DNA of 64,000 nt, taken from the NCBI GenBank assembly GCA_947305865.1, contig CAMZEU010000001.1:1607-65606 (forward strand), given 5' to 3'. The position numbers were made by a program, and so were the translations under genes. Positions 9,837 to 18,900 of the stretch are shown here, piece after piece. The notes beneath the pieces were generated by a model that saw nothing but the letters and a program-made list of their open reading frames with translations, did not search any database and was not told the DNA's origin. Origin of the DNA: an uncultured Clostridia bacterium (GTDB lineage Bacteria; Bacillota; Clostridia; Christensenellales; CAG-917). Each line of letters begins with the position of its first letter. The first letter of the stretch is position 1.

Positions 9837-11237
9837 TTACATCATTAAGTCGCCAGTTGTTCTTGCATAGAGTTGTACATCGCGGATGTTTTGGATACCA
9901 GTTACATACATGAGCATTCTTTCAAATCCAAGACCGAATCCAGAGTGTGGTACCGAACCGTATTTTCTAAGATCTAAGTAGAACTTATAGTCACTTTCTT
10001 TCATTCCACGCTTTTGAATTGCATCTAAGAGTTTGTCATAGTCTGCTTCTCTTTCGCTACATCCAATAATTTCTCCAATACCTGGAACAAGTAAATCTGT
10101 TGCTGCAACTGTCTTTCCGTCTGGATTTTGCTTCATATAGAATGCTTTAATATCCTTTGGATAGTTTGTTACGAATACAGGTTTTTGGAATACCTTTTCT
10201 GTGATATATCTCTCGTGCTCACTTTGTAAATCTAAACCCCATTCAACCGGGAATTCAAATGTACCTTCTGGCACTTTCTTTAAAATTTCAATAGCATCTG
10301 AATAATCTAATACTTTGAATTCACTATCTACAACGTTTTGAAGCTTTGCTTTTAATCCTTGTTCGAAGTTCTTTTCAAAGAAATCTAACTCTGGACCACA
10401 TTGTTCCAAAACTTTCTTTGTGATGTATTTGATCATTGCTTCGGCTATCTTAATAATGTCTGGCAATTTAGCAAATGCAACTTCTGGTTCAATTTGCCAG
10501 AACTCTGCTGCATGTCTTGGTGTGTAGCTCATTTCGGCTCTGAATGTTGGTCCGAATGTGTAAATCTTGCCTAGAGCAAGAGCAGCAACTTCACCTTCTA
10601 ATTGTCCAGAAACTGTTAGACCAGCTGTTCTCTTAAAGAAATCTCCAGCAATATATTCCTCTTCACTCTTACATTCTTTTGCAGAATTGTAATCTCTTGT
10701 TGTTACATGGAATATTTCACCAGCACCTTCACAGTCTGATCCAGTGATAATTGGTGTGTGTACGTATGTGTAATCATTCTCTTGGAAGAATTGGTGAATT
10801 GCAAAAGCAAGCTTACTTCTTACTCTTAACATTGCATTGAATGTATTTGTACGAACTCTGAAATGAGGAATTGTACGTAAGAATTCCATTGTGTGGTACT
10901 TCTTTTGAAGTGGGTAATCTTGTGGGCAATCTCCTAATAATTCGAGACCTGTTACGTTTAATTCATAGCCATTATTATTCAAAGCTTTAACAACAATACC
11001 TGTAGCTGTGAGTGAAACACCAACCTTTAAGAACTTAGCTAATTCACCTGTATAAGTGTTCTTGTCTATAACTAATTGCAAATGGGTTAAAGAAGATCCA
11101 TCATTTAATGCTATAAAAGCCATGTTCTTTGAATCTCTTGCTGTACGAACCCAACCAGCAACTACTATAGACTTGCCTTCAAATTGCTCGCCTTGTGTTA
11201 AAATCTTTGAGATTTCTATGTTTTCCATACTTTTCAC
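9837..11237 (-). CDS. asnS: asparagine--tRNA ligase
   Basis: 466 aa. Class IIb OB-fold N-terminus plus FRAE..RH..EFW and GFGLGFERM motifs. Confidence 0.93.
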   Translation of the reverse strand: MKSMENIEISKILTQGEQFEGKSIVVAGWVRTARDSKNMAFIALNDGSSLTHLQLVIDKNTYTGELAKFLKVGVSLTATGIVVKALNNNGYELNVTGLELLGDCPQDYPLQKKYHTMEFLRTIPHFRVRTNTFNAMLRVRSKLAFAIHQFFQENDYTYVHTPIITGSDCEGAGEIFHVTTRDYNSAKECKSEEEYIAGDFFKRTAGLTVSGQLEGEVAALALGKIYTFGPTFRAEMSYTPRHAAEFWQIEPEVAFAKLPDIIKIAEAMIKYITKKVLEQCGPELDFFEKNFEQGLKAKLQNVVDSEFKVLDYSDAIEILKKVPEGTFEFPVEWGLDLQSEHERYITEKVFQKPVFVTNYPKDIKAFYMKQNPDGKTVAATDLLVPGIGEIIGCSEREADYDKLLDAIQKRGMKESDYKFYLDLRKYGSVPHSGFGLGFERMLMYVTGIQNIRDVQLYARTTGDLMM

Positions 11238-11395
11238 TTCCTGTTTTTTCGTGTACGCATATACAAAAATTATAAGCTATACTTTGCTATTATATTTATT
11301 CACATAAGATTTGTAAAGAAAAATTAAGCGTGTATATTAAGCTGTTTGCTGTTGTTTTTTCACATAATTCTATGTAGAATAAGGCGAGGTGTTTT

Positions 11396-12304
11396 ATGAT
11401 TTACGATGTATTAATTTTTGGAGCAGGACCAGCAGGATTGACAGCTGGAATATATTCTGCAAGAGCAGGATTGAGCACAGTTATTGTTGAAAACAATGCC
11501 CCAGGTGGCCAAGCATCTATTACTCCAGATATTCAAAACTATCCTGGAATAGATTCAATTGCTGGATTTGCTCTTACTCAAAATATGATAAACCAATGCC
11601 AAAAATTCGGCGTTACTTTTGTTTATGACCAAATAAAAAACGTAATTCTAAACGGCTCAATTAAGGTTTGTGAGACCTCTTTTAATGACAAAATCGAAGC
11701 CAAAACTGTAATAATCGCATCCGGTGCACACTCTCGTAAACTAGGATTAGAAAACGAAGATAAACTTTTAGGTAAAGGTATTAGCTACTGTGCAACATGT
11801 GATGGCGGTTTCTATAAAGGTAAAACTGTTGCAGTAGTTGGTGGTGGAGATACAGCCGTAGAAGATGCTATGTATTTGCTTAAATTTGCAAAGAAAGTGT
11901 ACCTAATTCATAGAAGAGATCAATTAAGAGCAAAAGGAACAATGGCAGAAAAACTATTATCTTCCTCTGTTGAACCAATATGGAATTCCCAAGTAGTTGC
12001 TCTTAATGCAAACGAGAAACTAGAGAGTATCTCTATATACAATAAAATAAATAATGAAGCAACTACTATTCCTGTAGATGGATTATTTGTTGCAGTTGGA
12101 CAAGTACCTTCCTCTTCTCTATTTGATGTAGAAAAGGATGAGAATGGATATATCATCACAGACGAAAGAACACTAAAAACTAATATAGAAGGTGTTTTTG
12201 CAGCTGGAGATATAAGACAAAAAGACTTAAGACAGATAGTTACAGCTACTTCAGACGGCGCAATTGCTTCAAATCAGGTATTTATCTATCTATCAAATTT
12301 ATAA
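11396..12304 (+). CDS. trxB: thioredoxin-disulfide reductase
   Basis: GAGPAG FAD motif, redox-active [21 protein letters not shown] motif. Confidence 0.93.
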   Translation: MIYDVLIFGAGPAGLTAGIYSARAGLSTVIVENNAPGGQASITPDIQNYPGIDSIAGFALTQNMINQCQKFGVTFVYDQIKNVILNGSIKVCETSFNDKIEAKTVIIASGAHSRKLGLENEDKLLGKGISYCATCDGGFYKGKTVAVVGGGDTAVEDAMYLLKFAKKVYLIHRRDQLRAKGTMAEKLLSSSVEPIWNSQVVALNANEKLESISIYNKINNEATTIPVDGLFVAVGQVPSSSLFDVEKDENGYIITDERTLKTNIEGVFAAGDIRQKDLRQIVTATSDGAIASNQVFIYLSNL

Positions 12305-12540
12305 ACACTTTTTATAATTTTTGTCGCAAAAATTTTAGAATACCGAAAATATTTTATTATTCGTTCTATTGACACAATTAGAATACTTTTTTACATTTTC
12401 ATATTTTTTGAAATTGCAAATTTGCAGTATTTGCTAAAAATATCTACAAAAAGCCACATTTTTGCAAAGATTTTTTAATAGTTTTGTAAAGAATTTTGCC
12501 GATATTGTGAAAAAGTACTCAAAAAGTTTACAAAAAGCCG

Positions 12541-12569
12541 TTGACAATTAAATAATAAAGTTGTAATAT
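12541..12569 (+). promoter_or_regulatory. near-consensus sigma-A promoter with no downstream CDS
   Basis: TTGACA (12541-12546), 17-nt spacer, TAATAT (12564-12569). Lies in the convergent trxB/mnmG spacer. Confidence 0.45.
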
Positions 12570-12575
12570 GTGAGC

Positions 12576-12668
12576 GAAGTTAGATGATTCATTTCATCCA
12601 TACCTCATAATTTTTCCCCCTTATCATAAGTAAAAGATGCCAGTCGAGTTGATCTCCTGGTGTTTTTT
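12576..12668 (+). ncRNA. candidate small RNA (orphan promoter to intrinsic terminator)
   Basis: Bounded by the 12541 promoter and a bulged hairpin at 12639-12661 followed by a T6 run. Contains a UUUUUCCCCCUU stretch and a tiny ORF MIHFIHTS. No family recognised. Confidence 0.25.
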
Positions 12669-12688
12669 ACTTTTATAGAGAGTTTCTC

Positions 12689-14536
12689 TTAATCTGCTTT
12701 TTTGAGATAAACAATCAATACAGCTATATCTGCTGGAGATACGCCAGAGATTCTAGATGCTTGTCCTAAATTAAGTGGTTTAATCTTGTTAAGTTTTTGT
12801 CTAGCTTCAATTCTTAATCCTTCTATATCCATATAATTAATATCATTTGGTAGAAGTTTTGACTCTAATTTTCTATGTTCCTCAATAACTTGTTCTTGTT
12901 TTTTAAGATATCCTTCGTATCTTATATCTTCAAATGCGGTGAATAAAGATGCTGGAGAAGCGTCAAAGGATACCAACTTATATAATTCCTTAGATTCGAA
13001 CTCTGTTCTCTTAATTAAATCTTCAAGTCTTATTCCCCTACATGGATCTGCATAACCCTTTTCTTCAAACAATTGTTTTACATCTTCTTGTTTAATTGTT
13101 GTAGCCTTTGCATATTCTTTAATCTTATCCACTTCTGCTTTTCTTGCTAGCATTGTTTCATATCTATATTGAGATGCAAGACCTATCTTATATCCTAATT
13201 CGGTTAATCTGAAATCTGCGTCATCTTGTCTAAGTTTTATTCTATGCTCTGCCCTAGCGGTCATCATTCTGTAAGGCTCGTTAGTACCTTTGGTTACTAA
13301 ATCATCTATTAATACACCAATATAAGCCAAGTCTCTTCCTAGAATAACTTGTTCCTTCCCTTGTATTCCTAATACAGCATTTATACCAGCAATTAAGCCT
13401 TGTCCTGCTGCTTCTTCGTAACCACTAGAACCATTTAATTGTCCTGCAAGGAATAATCCTTTAATATCTTTTGCTTCAAGTGTTGGGAATAATGATAATG
13501 AGTCTATGCAGTCATATTCAATTGCATAAGCATATTTAGCAAACACACAATGTCTAAGTCCTGGAAGAGTTCTGTACATTGCCTCTTGTACATCATGTGG
13601 AAGAGATGAGCTCATTCCTTGTATATACATTTCTTCGCTGTTTCTTCCCTCTGGTTCTATAAAGATTTGATGTCTGCTTTTATCCGCAAATCTCATAACC
13701 TTATCTTCAATAGATGGGCAATATCTTGGACCTATTCCGTGAATACTTCCATTATATAATGGAGATCTTGAAATATTAGCGCGAATAATCTCGTGTGTTT
13801 TCTCATTTGTATATGTTAAATAACATGGCTCTTGTTCAAAAGTTTCCACTTTAGATAAGAAGGAGAATCTGTTCATTGGGTCTCCCCATTGTGGTTCGGT
13901 TTCATCAAAATCTATGCTATCTCTATATATTCTTGCTGGAGTTCCAGTTTTAAATCTTCTAATTGGCAAACCATTATCTATTAAAGATTGTGTTAAATGA
14001 GTAGCTCTTGCAAAACCGGTTGGTCCACTTTCTTTAACATAAGAACCAGTAATAATTCTTGCGTTAAGATATACACCTGTTCCAAGGACTGCTGCCTTAC
14101 ATTTAACCTTATGTCCCTTAAGCGTCTCTACACCTTCTATTTGCCCATTATTTACAATAATGGATGTACACTCATCCTCTAGAATATCTAAGCCCTGTTG
14201 GTCTTGTAGTGTCTGTAACATAACATCATGGTAGTCTATCTTGTCTTGTTGGCTGCGTAGAGAAAATACTGCTGGGCCTTTAGATGTATTTAAGGTCTTT
14301 ATTTGTATTAAGGTCTTATCTGCTGCAATACCCATTTCTCCACCAAGAGCATCTATCTCTCTAACGATTTGTCCCTTGGCTGTGCCACCAATAGCTGGGT
14401 TACATGCCATCCAAGATACTGCACGCAAATCCAAACAAATAAGGAGCGTATCTGCTCCCATTCTTGCACTTGCTAGAGCAGCTTCCACTCCTGCATGTCC
14501 TGCGCCTACTACTATGACATCATATCTTTCTTTCAT
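12689..14536 (-). CDS. mnmG: tRNA uridine-5-carboxymethylaminomethyl synthesis enzyme MnmG (GidA)
   Basis: 615 aa. VIVVGAGHAGVEAA FAD motif and conserved GidA blocks throughout. Confidence 0.95.
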   Translation of the reverse strand: MKERYDVIVVGAGHAGVEAALASARMGADTLLICLDLRAVSWMACNPAIGGTAKGQIVREIDALGGEMGIAADKTLIQIKTLNTSKGPAVFSLRSQQDKIDYHDVMLQTLQDQQGLDILEDECTSIIVNNGQIEGVETLKGHKVKCKAAVLGTGVYLNARIITGSYVKESGPTGFARATHLTQSLIDNGLPIRRFKTGTPARIYRDSIDFDETEPQWGDPMNRFSFLSKVETFEQEPCYLTYTNEKTHEIIRANISRSPLYNGSIHGIGPRYCPSIEDKVMRFADKSRHQIFIEPEGRNSEEMYIQGMSSSLPHDVQEAMYRTLPGLRHCVFAKYAYAIEYDCIDSLSLFPTLEAKDIKGLFLAGQLNGSSGYEEAAGQGLIAGINAVLGIQGKEQVILGRDLAYIGVLIDDLVTKGTNEPYRMMTARAEHRIKLRQDDADFRLTELGYKIGLASQYRYETMLARKAEVDKIKEYAKATTIKQEDVKQLFEEKGYADPCRGIRLEDLIKRTEFESKELYKLVSFDASPASLFTAFEDIRYEGYLKKQEQVIEEHRKLESKLLPNDINYMDIEGLRIEARQKLNKIKPLNLGQASRISGVSPADIAVLIVYLKKAD

Positions 14537-14537
14537 T

Positions 14538-15866
14538 TTATTTGCCTACACAGAAATTCTTGAATATTCCATCTACTACATCTTCTGTAGCACTCTTTCC
14601 GTTTATTTCTCCTAAACACTCTAGTGCGTTTCTGAGGTCTACGAGTATGCAATCTATTGTTGAATTAATATTATTAAGAGCAGATTCTAAATTTTCTTCT
14701 GTTCTCTTTAATGCATCTAAATGTCTTTGGGATGTAATAATTTCACCACCATCTACAAGTCCTTCTGTATATAAAGAAACTATTGCATGTTTAAGTGGTA
14801 TTATTCCTTCTCCTGTCTTAGCAGAAATGTGGAATACATTATCCTCTGCTTCTGGAACTTCTAAGCATTGTGGAGAATCCATCTTATTATAAATACGGAA
14901 TACCTTTTTATCTTTTAAGAGCTTTTCAAGCTCTGGGAACGAAGTGTTGTCTGTAGAGTCTATAACATAAAGAACTAAGTCTGCATTCTCTATTGTTTGT
15001 TTTGCTCTCTCTACTCCAATACCTTCTACCTTTTCATTTGTTTCTCTAATCCCTGCTGTGTCTACTAAATTTACAAGAACTCCATCTACTTCAAGACTTG
15101 CCTCTATAGTGTCTCTAGTTGTTCCAGGAATATCTGTAACTATTGCTCTATCTTGTCCTAATAATGCATTAAGAAGTGAGCTCTTGCCTGCATTAACGTG
15201 TCCTGCTATAGCAACAAGTATTCCATCTCTTGCCATTCTTCCACTTCTTGCGGAAGAAATTAAATCTTTTACACTCTGAGAAATTGCTGGCACTTCTGTT
15301 CTAATTGCTGGGAGAACTTCGTCTTCCATTTCCTCTGGATAATCCAAAGATGCTTCTAATGCAGAGATAAGGTCTGTTAAGCGAGAGGATATCTCATCTA
15401 TCTTCTTGCCAACCATGCCTGTCATGAGACGATATGCTGCTCTTAGTCCTGCTGCACTTTGAGATGTAATCATCTCAGATACACCTTCTGCATCTGATAA
15501 AGTCATTCTTCCGTTTACATAAGCTCTCTTAGTAAACTCGCCAGGTTGAGCCATTCTTGCACCTTCTTTTATGATGCGATCTACGGCTCCTTTCATAATT
15601 CTTACACCGCCATGTAGATAGAACTCTACAGTTGGCTCACCAGTAAATGCTTTTTCCTTTGGAAAATATACTAAATATCCTTTGTCTTTAAAGTCTAAAC
15701 CAATGAAGGTGCCAAAATGCATCATCATTGGATAAACATCATAATTAATATTGTTTTTTGTTTGGAAAACTTTACTAGCAATGGAGACAACATCATCTCC
15801 AGACATACGAACTATACCTATACCACCTGCTCCAACTGGAGAAGAAATTGCAACTATTGTTTTCAT
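14538..15866 (-). CDS. mnmE: tRNA modification GTPase MnmE (TrmE)
   Basis: MKTIVAISSP start chosen 15 codons inside the track ORF, directly abutting the jag stop. G-domain GHVNAGKSSL and DTAG motifs; C-terminal CVGK. Confidence 0.93.
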   Translation of the reverse strand: MKTIVAISSPVGAGGIGIVRMSGDDVVSIASKVFQTKNNINYDVYPMMMHFGTFIGLDFKDKGYLVYFPKEKAFTGEPTVEFYLHGGVRIMKGAVDRIIKEGARMAQPGEFTKRAYVNGRMTLSDAEGVSEMITSQSAAGLRAAYRLMTGMVGKKIDEISSRLTDLISALEASLDYPEEMEDEVLPAIRTEVPAISQSVKDLISSARSGRMARDGILVAIAGHVNAGKSSLLNALLGQDRAIVTDIPGTTRDTIEASLEVDGVLVNLVDTAGIRETNEKVEGIGVERAKQTIENADLVLYVIDSTDNTSFPELEKLLKDKKVFRIYNKMDSPQCLEVPEAEDNVFHISAKTGEGIIPLKHAIVSLYTEGLVDGGEIITSQRHLDALKRTEENLESALNNINSTIDCILVDLRNALECLGEINGKSATEDVVDGIFKNFCVGK

Positions 15867-15867
15867 C

Positions 15868-16686
15868 TTAGAATCTCTTTTGTCCGAAGCTCTTAAACTT
15901 AGGAGCACCATTATTTGAAGGAGCCGCTGGTTCTATATCTGTGAATGTACCTCTAAATACTTTGCCATCTGCTACTTCTTTGTCTGAATCGTTTCTTCTA
16001 TTGTTACGATTTCTGTTTTGGTTGTTCTTTTTATCATGGTGTTGATGTTCTTCGCCTCTTGCTTTGAATCTTGGGCCTGTTATTTCTGTTTGAGGAATGA
16101 GAACAACATATCTGTTTGGTTCTTCACCTTCGCTTTCTGTTTTTACAAGCGTACTGTCTTGTAATGCTGTGTGGATAACACGTCTTTCAAATGGGTTCAT
16201 AGGTTCGAACTCTACTTCTCTTCCCATCGCATAGGCTTTGTCTGCCATCTTAAGTGCAAGTTGAGATAATGTCTTTTCTCTTCTTGCTCTGTATCCTTCA
16301 CAGTCTATAGACAATTTCTTGTAATCATAATTGTTTTGGTTGAGGTAACTTAAAAGGATATATTGGAAAGAATCTAAGACCTCTCCTCTAAATCCTATAA
16401 CGGATGCGCTATCCTTTCCTTCTATAATTACGGAAATATCATTGCCTTTCTCTGTAATATTTGCCTTAAGGTTTAATCTCATTCTCTCTAGAATACCATT
16501 AGCAAATTCAGTAACAAGCTCAAGAGCTTGGTCTTCAACTGTTACTCTAACTTCGGCTTGATCAAATAATCCACCATTAGAAAGAACTTCTATTTTTGCT
16601 TTTTCTTTGGTTATTTTAAGTTGTTCAAGAGCTAATGCTGTTGCTTCTTCAACTGTAGAAGCTTGAACTGTTGTTGTTTTTGTCAT
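15868..16686 (-). CDS. jag: RNA-binding protein Jag/KhpB (Jag_N-KH-R3H) with basic low-complexity tail
   Basis: Position between yidC and mnmE. R3H block (ERRVIHTALQ). Unusual N/R/K-rich C-terminal ~70 aa. Confidence 0.85.
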   Translation of the reverse strand: MTKTTTVQASTVEEATALALEQLKITKEKAKIEVLSNGGLFDQAEVRVTVEDQALELVTEFANGILERMRLNLKANITEKGNDISVIIEGKDSASVIGFRGEVLDSFQYILLSYLNQNNYDYKKLSIDCEGYRARREKTLSQLALKMADKAYAMGREVEFEPMNPFERRVIHTALQDSTLVKTESEGEEPNRYVVLIPQTEITGPRFKARGEEHQHHDKKNNQNRNRNNRRNDSDKEVADGKVFRGTFTDIEPAAPSNNGAPKFKSFGQKRF

Positions 16687-16702
16687 AAGCTATACCCTTA
16701 TC

Positions 16703-17980
16703 TTAGTCTTTTTTCTTTGACTTAAAGCTTATTGGTGCAGCCTCTCCCCTCTTAAGATCTATTAAATATCCTATAATGTTGAATGTTAACTGGAATAAAA
16801 TTGCCATTAACGAACTTACGAACATATATATAGTAAAGGCACCAGAATATAAGAGAGCAAATACACCTATCATGATAGGCATAAAGTATTGCATCATCTT
16901 CATTGTGCCTTGGTTAGAACCTGCGGTTTGAGCTGGTGGTTGACCTTGTGCCTTTTGAGCAAGTCTTTGTGAGAAGAAACCAACTACTATTGAAAGGATA
17001 GGAAGGATTAATAAACCATTCCACTTTCCGTTCTTTCCCCATCCACCTGTGCCAATAACTTTGGCCATTATTTTATTGTATTCATCTGCTGTGAATCCAA
17101 CGACACGTGCTGTTGCAAATCCACTTTGTCCAGTAATAAATGTGTATTCTGGAACTGAAGTCTTCCAACCGTCTTGGACGAATATGTTATTAATCAAGTA
17201 CTTATCTGCTTTCTTAATATAAATCCATCCTCTCATAGAACGTGCACTGTCTGAATTATATTGATCTTTTACTGCTGTTTGAGCATTATCTACTGCATAA
17301 GCATCTGCTTGAGAGATTTTTACTAAATCTTGGTCTGCATTTGCTTTAACAACGCCATCTTCAACAATAGTATAAGCAACACCTAATTCGTCATACTTCT
17401 CTTTAAGAGAAGCATTGTACTCTTCATAGTATGTGTCTCTGCTTGTTTGATAATCTTTAGCAAATTGGTATCCAACCATATCTCTAAATCCAGCAAAGAC
17501 TAAGAAGAAAACTACCAATGTAATAATTGTTGGCAAACATGCGCCAAGCATTGAATAGTGCTCTTTCTTATATAATTGTTGTTGCTCCATTTGAAGACGT
17601 TGCTTGTCATCACCATATTTTGCTTGCAAAGCTTCAAGTTGTGGCTTCATTCTTTGCATAGCTTTAGCATTCTTTCTTGCAACTATCTTTTGCCAAATGT
17701 CTAATGGTGAAAGTATAAGTCTCAAAATTACTGTGAAAACTACAACTGTCCATCCGAAGTTGCCAACCTTGTCATTAAGACCTATTAATGCTTTACGGAT
17801 GAATCCAGTTAATGATGAAGATGCTGAGGATGTGATTTGGTCTACATTCTCAACATTGCTTAAATCATATGTTCCACTATTACTATTACAGGCAGTCAAC
17901 AAAATCAATGACAATACGATAACTATCGCTAAAAGCCAAATCTTTAGAAATGTTTTATGTCTATAATCTAAACGAGCCAT
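16703..17980 (-). CDS. yidC: membrane protein insertase YidC (lipoprotein type)
   Basis: Lipobox LLTACNS, five-TM YidC core, basic C-terminus. Synteny with rnpA/yidD. Confidence 0.9.
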   Translation of the reverse strand: MARLDYRHKTFLKIWLLAIVIVLSLILLTACNSNSGTYDLSNVENVDQITSSASSSLTGFIRKALIGLNDKVGNFGWTVVVFTVILRLILSPLDIWQKIVARKNAKAMQRMKPQLEALQAKYGDDKQRLQMEQQQLYKKEHYSMLGACLPTIITLVVFFLVFAGFRDMVGYQFAKDYQTSRDTYYEEYNASLKEKYDELGVAYTIVEDGVVKANADQDLVKISQADAYAVDNAQTAVKDQYNSDSARSMRGWIYIKKADKYLINNIFVQDGWKTSVPEYTFITGQSGFATARVVGFTADEYNKIMAKVIGTGGWGKNGKWNGLLILPILSIVVGFFSQRLAQKAQGQPPAQTAGSNQGTMKMMQYFMPIMIGVFALLYSGAFTIYMFVSSLMAILFQLTFNIIGYLIDLKRGEAAPISFKSKKKD

Positions 17981-18234
17981 TTAATTTTTCCTTTATAATT
18001 TTCTCGAACCGGATCAAAAGACCCTTCTCTAAACGGATTACAGCGGAGTATTCTTAGTGTTCCTAATGCTATTCCCACTATTACTCCCCAACGTTTTATT
18101 GCATCATAAGCATACATTGAACATGTAGGTGTACTTGGACATCTTCCGATATAAGGTGAAAGGTGACGCTTGTAAAACAATATCATCGCTAGAAATGGAT
18201 TACGATAACTAAACTTTACTTTGTTTTTTTGCAT
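17968..18234 (-). CDS. yidD: membrane protein insertion efficiency factor YidD
   Basis: 88 aa. YKRHLSP..CRF/PTCS-type motif (CPSTPTCSMYA). Confidence 0.9.
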   Translation of the reverse strand: MQKNKVKFSYRNPFLAMILFYKRHLSPYIGRCPSTPTCSMYAYDAIKRWGVIVGIALGTLRILRCNPFREGSFDPVRENYKGKIKWLV

Positions 18235-18547
18235 TCTCGAAAACCGATTTCACTTCTTCTTCCAATTCTTGGAATGAACGCTCAGCTATAGACTGCTTTG
18301 TGACGATAACATAAAAGTACTCTTTACTAAGATCTGGAATCAATTCTGTAACGATAACTCTCAATCTTCTTTTGATTTTATTTCTTACTACAGCTTTTCC
18401 ACATTTCTTGGATACTGAAAATCCTATTTTCAAACCCTCTTTAGATGGTGCTGTTATCAAAACAAAATCTTTGGCAGGAAATCTCATTCCCTTGTTAAAT
18501 ACGTACTTAAACGTCCCTTCTTTCTTTAATCTGAAACGTCTTTCCAT
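18209..18547 (-). CDS. rnpA: ribonuclease P protein component
   Basis: 112 aa, basic, with KAVVRNKIKRRLR motif; sits between rpmH and yidD. Confidence 0.92.
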   Translation of the reverse strand: MERRFRLKKEGTFKYVFNKGMRFPAKDFVLITAPSKEGLKIGFSVSKKCGKAVVRNKIKRRLRVIVTELIPDLSKEYFYVIVTKQSIAERSFQELEEEVKSVFENAKKQSKV

Positions 18548-18566
18548 CTACACTTGTTGTTTGCTA

Positions 18567-18707
18567 TTAGATTGTGAGGTTCTTTCTGCCTTTTGCTCTA
18601 CGACGCTTGAGAACGTTTCTTCCACTCTTAGTCTTCATACGTGCTCTAAAACCATGAACGCCTTGGTTCTTTCTGTTGTGTGGTTTGTAAGTAATTCCTT
18701 GGTACAT
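18567..18707 (-). CDS. rpmH: 50S ribosomal protein L34 (absent from ORF track, below length cutoff)
   Basis: Own translation: [46 protein letters not shown] (46 aa). Carries the L34 signature HGFRxRM...GRxVLxRRRxKGR. Confidence 0.92.
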   Translation of the reverse strand: MYQGITYKPHNRKNQGVHGFRARMKTKSGRNVLKRRRAKGRKNLTI

Positions 18708-18831
18708 TTTCTCTATCTCCTTTATGAATTGCCACGAGGGCTTCTTATTATCGTATATATGCGTGTAATTTTATACACGTTCAATTATTATAAATGTACT
18801 ACTATTTTTAGTCAAACGAAAAAATTTTAAT

Positions 18832-18861
18832 AAAAAAGCCATGCGAAGATATAGGCATGGC
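18832..18861 (-). terminator. intrinsic terminator downstream of argS
   Basis: Stem GCCATGC (18838-18844) pairs with GCATGGC (18855-18861), followed on the minus strand by a T6 run. Confidence 0.7.
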
Positions 18862-18900
18862 GAGGTGTTATACCACATTGTATTGTGTTTTTGGACTGTT

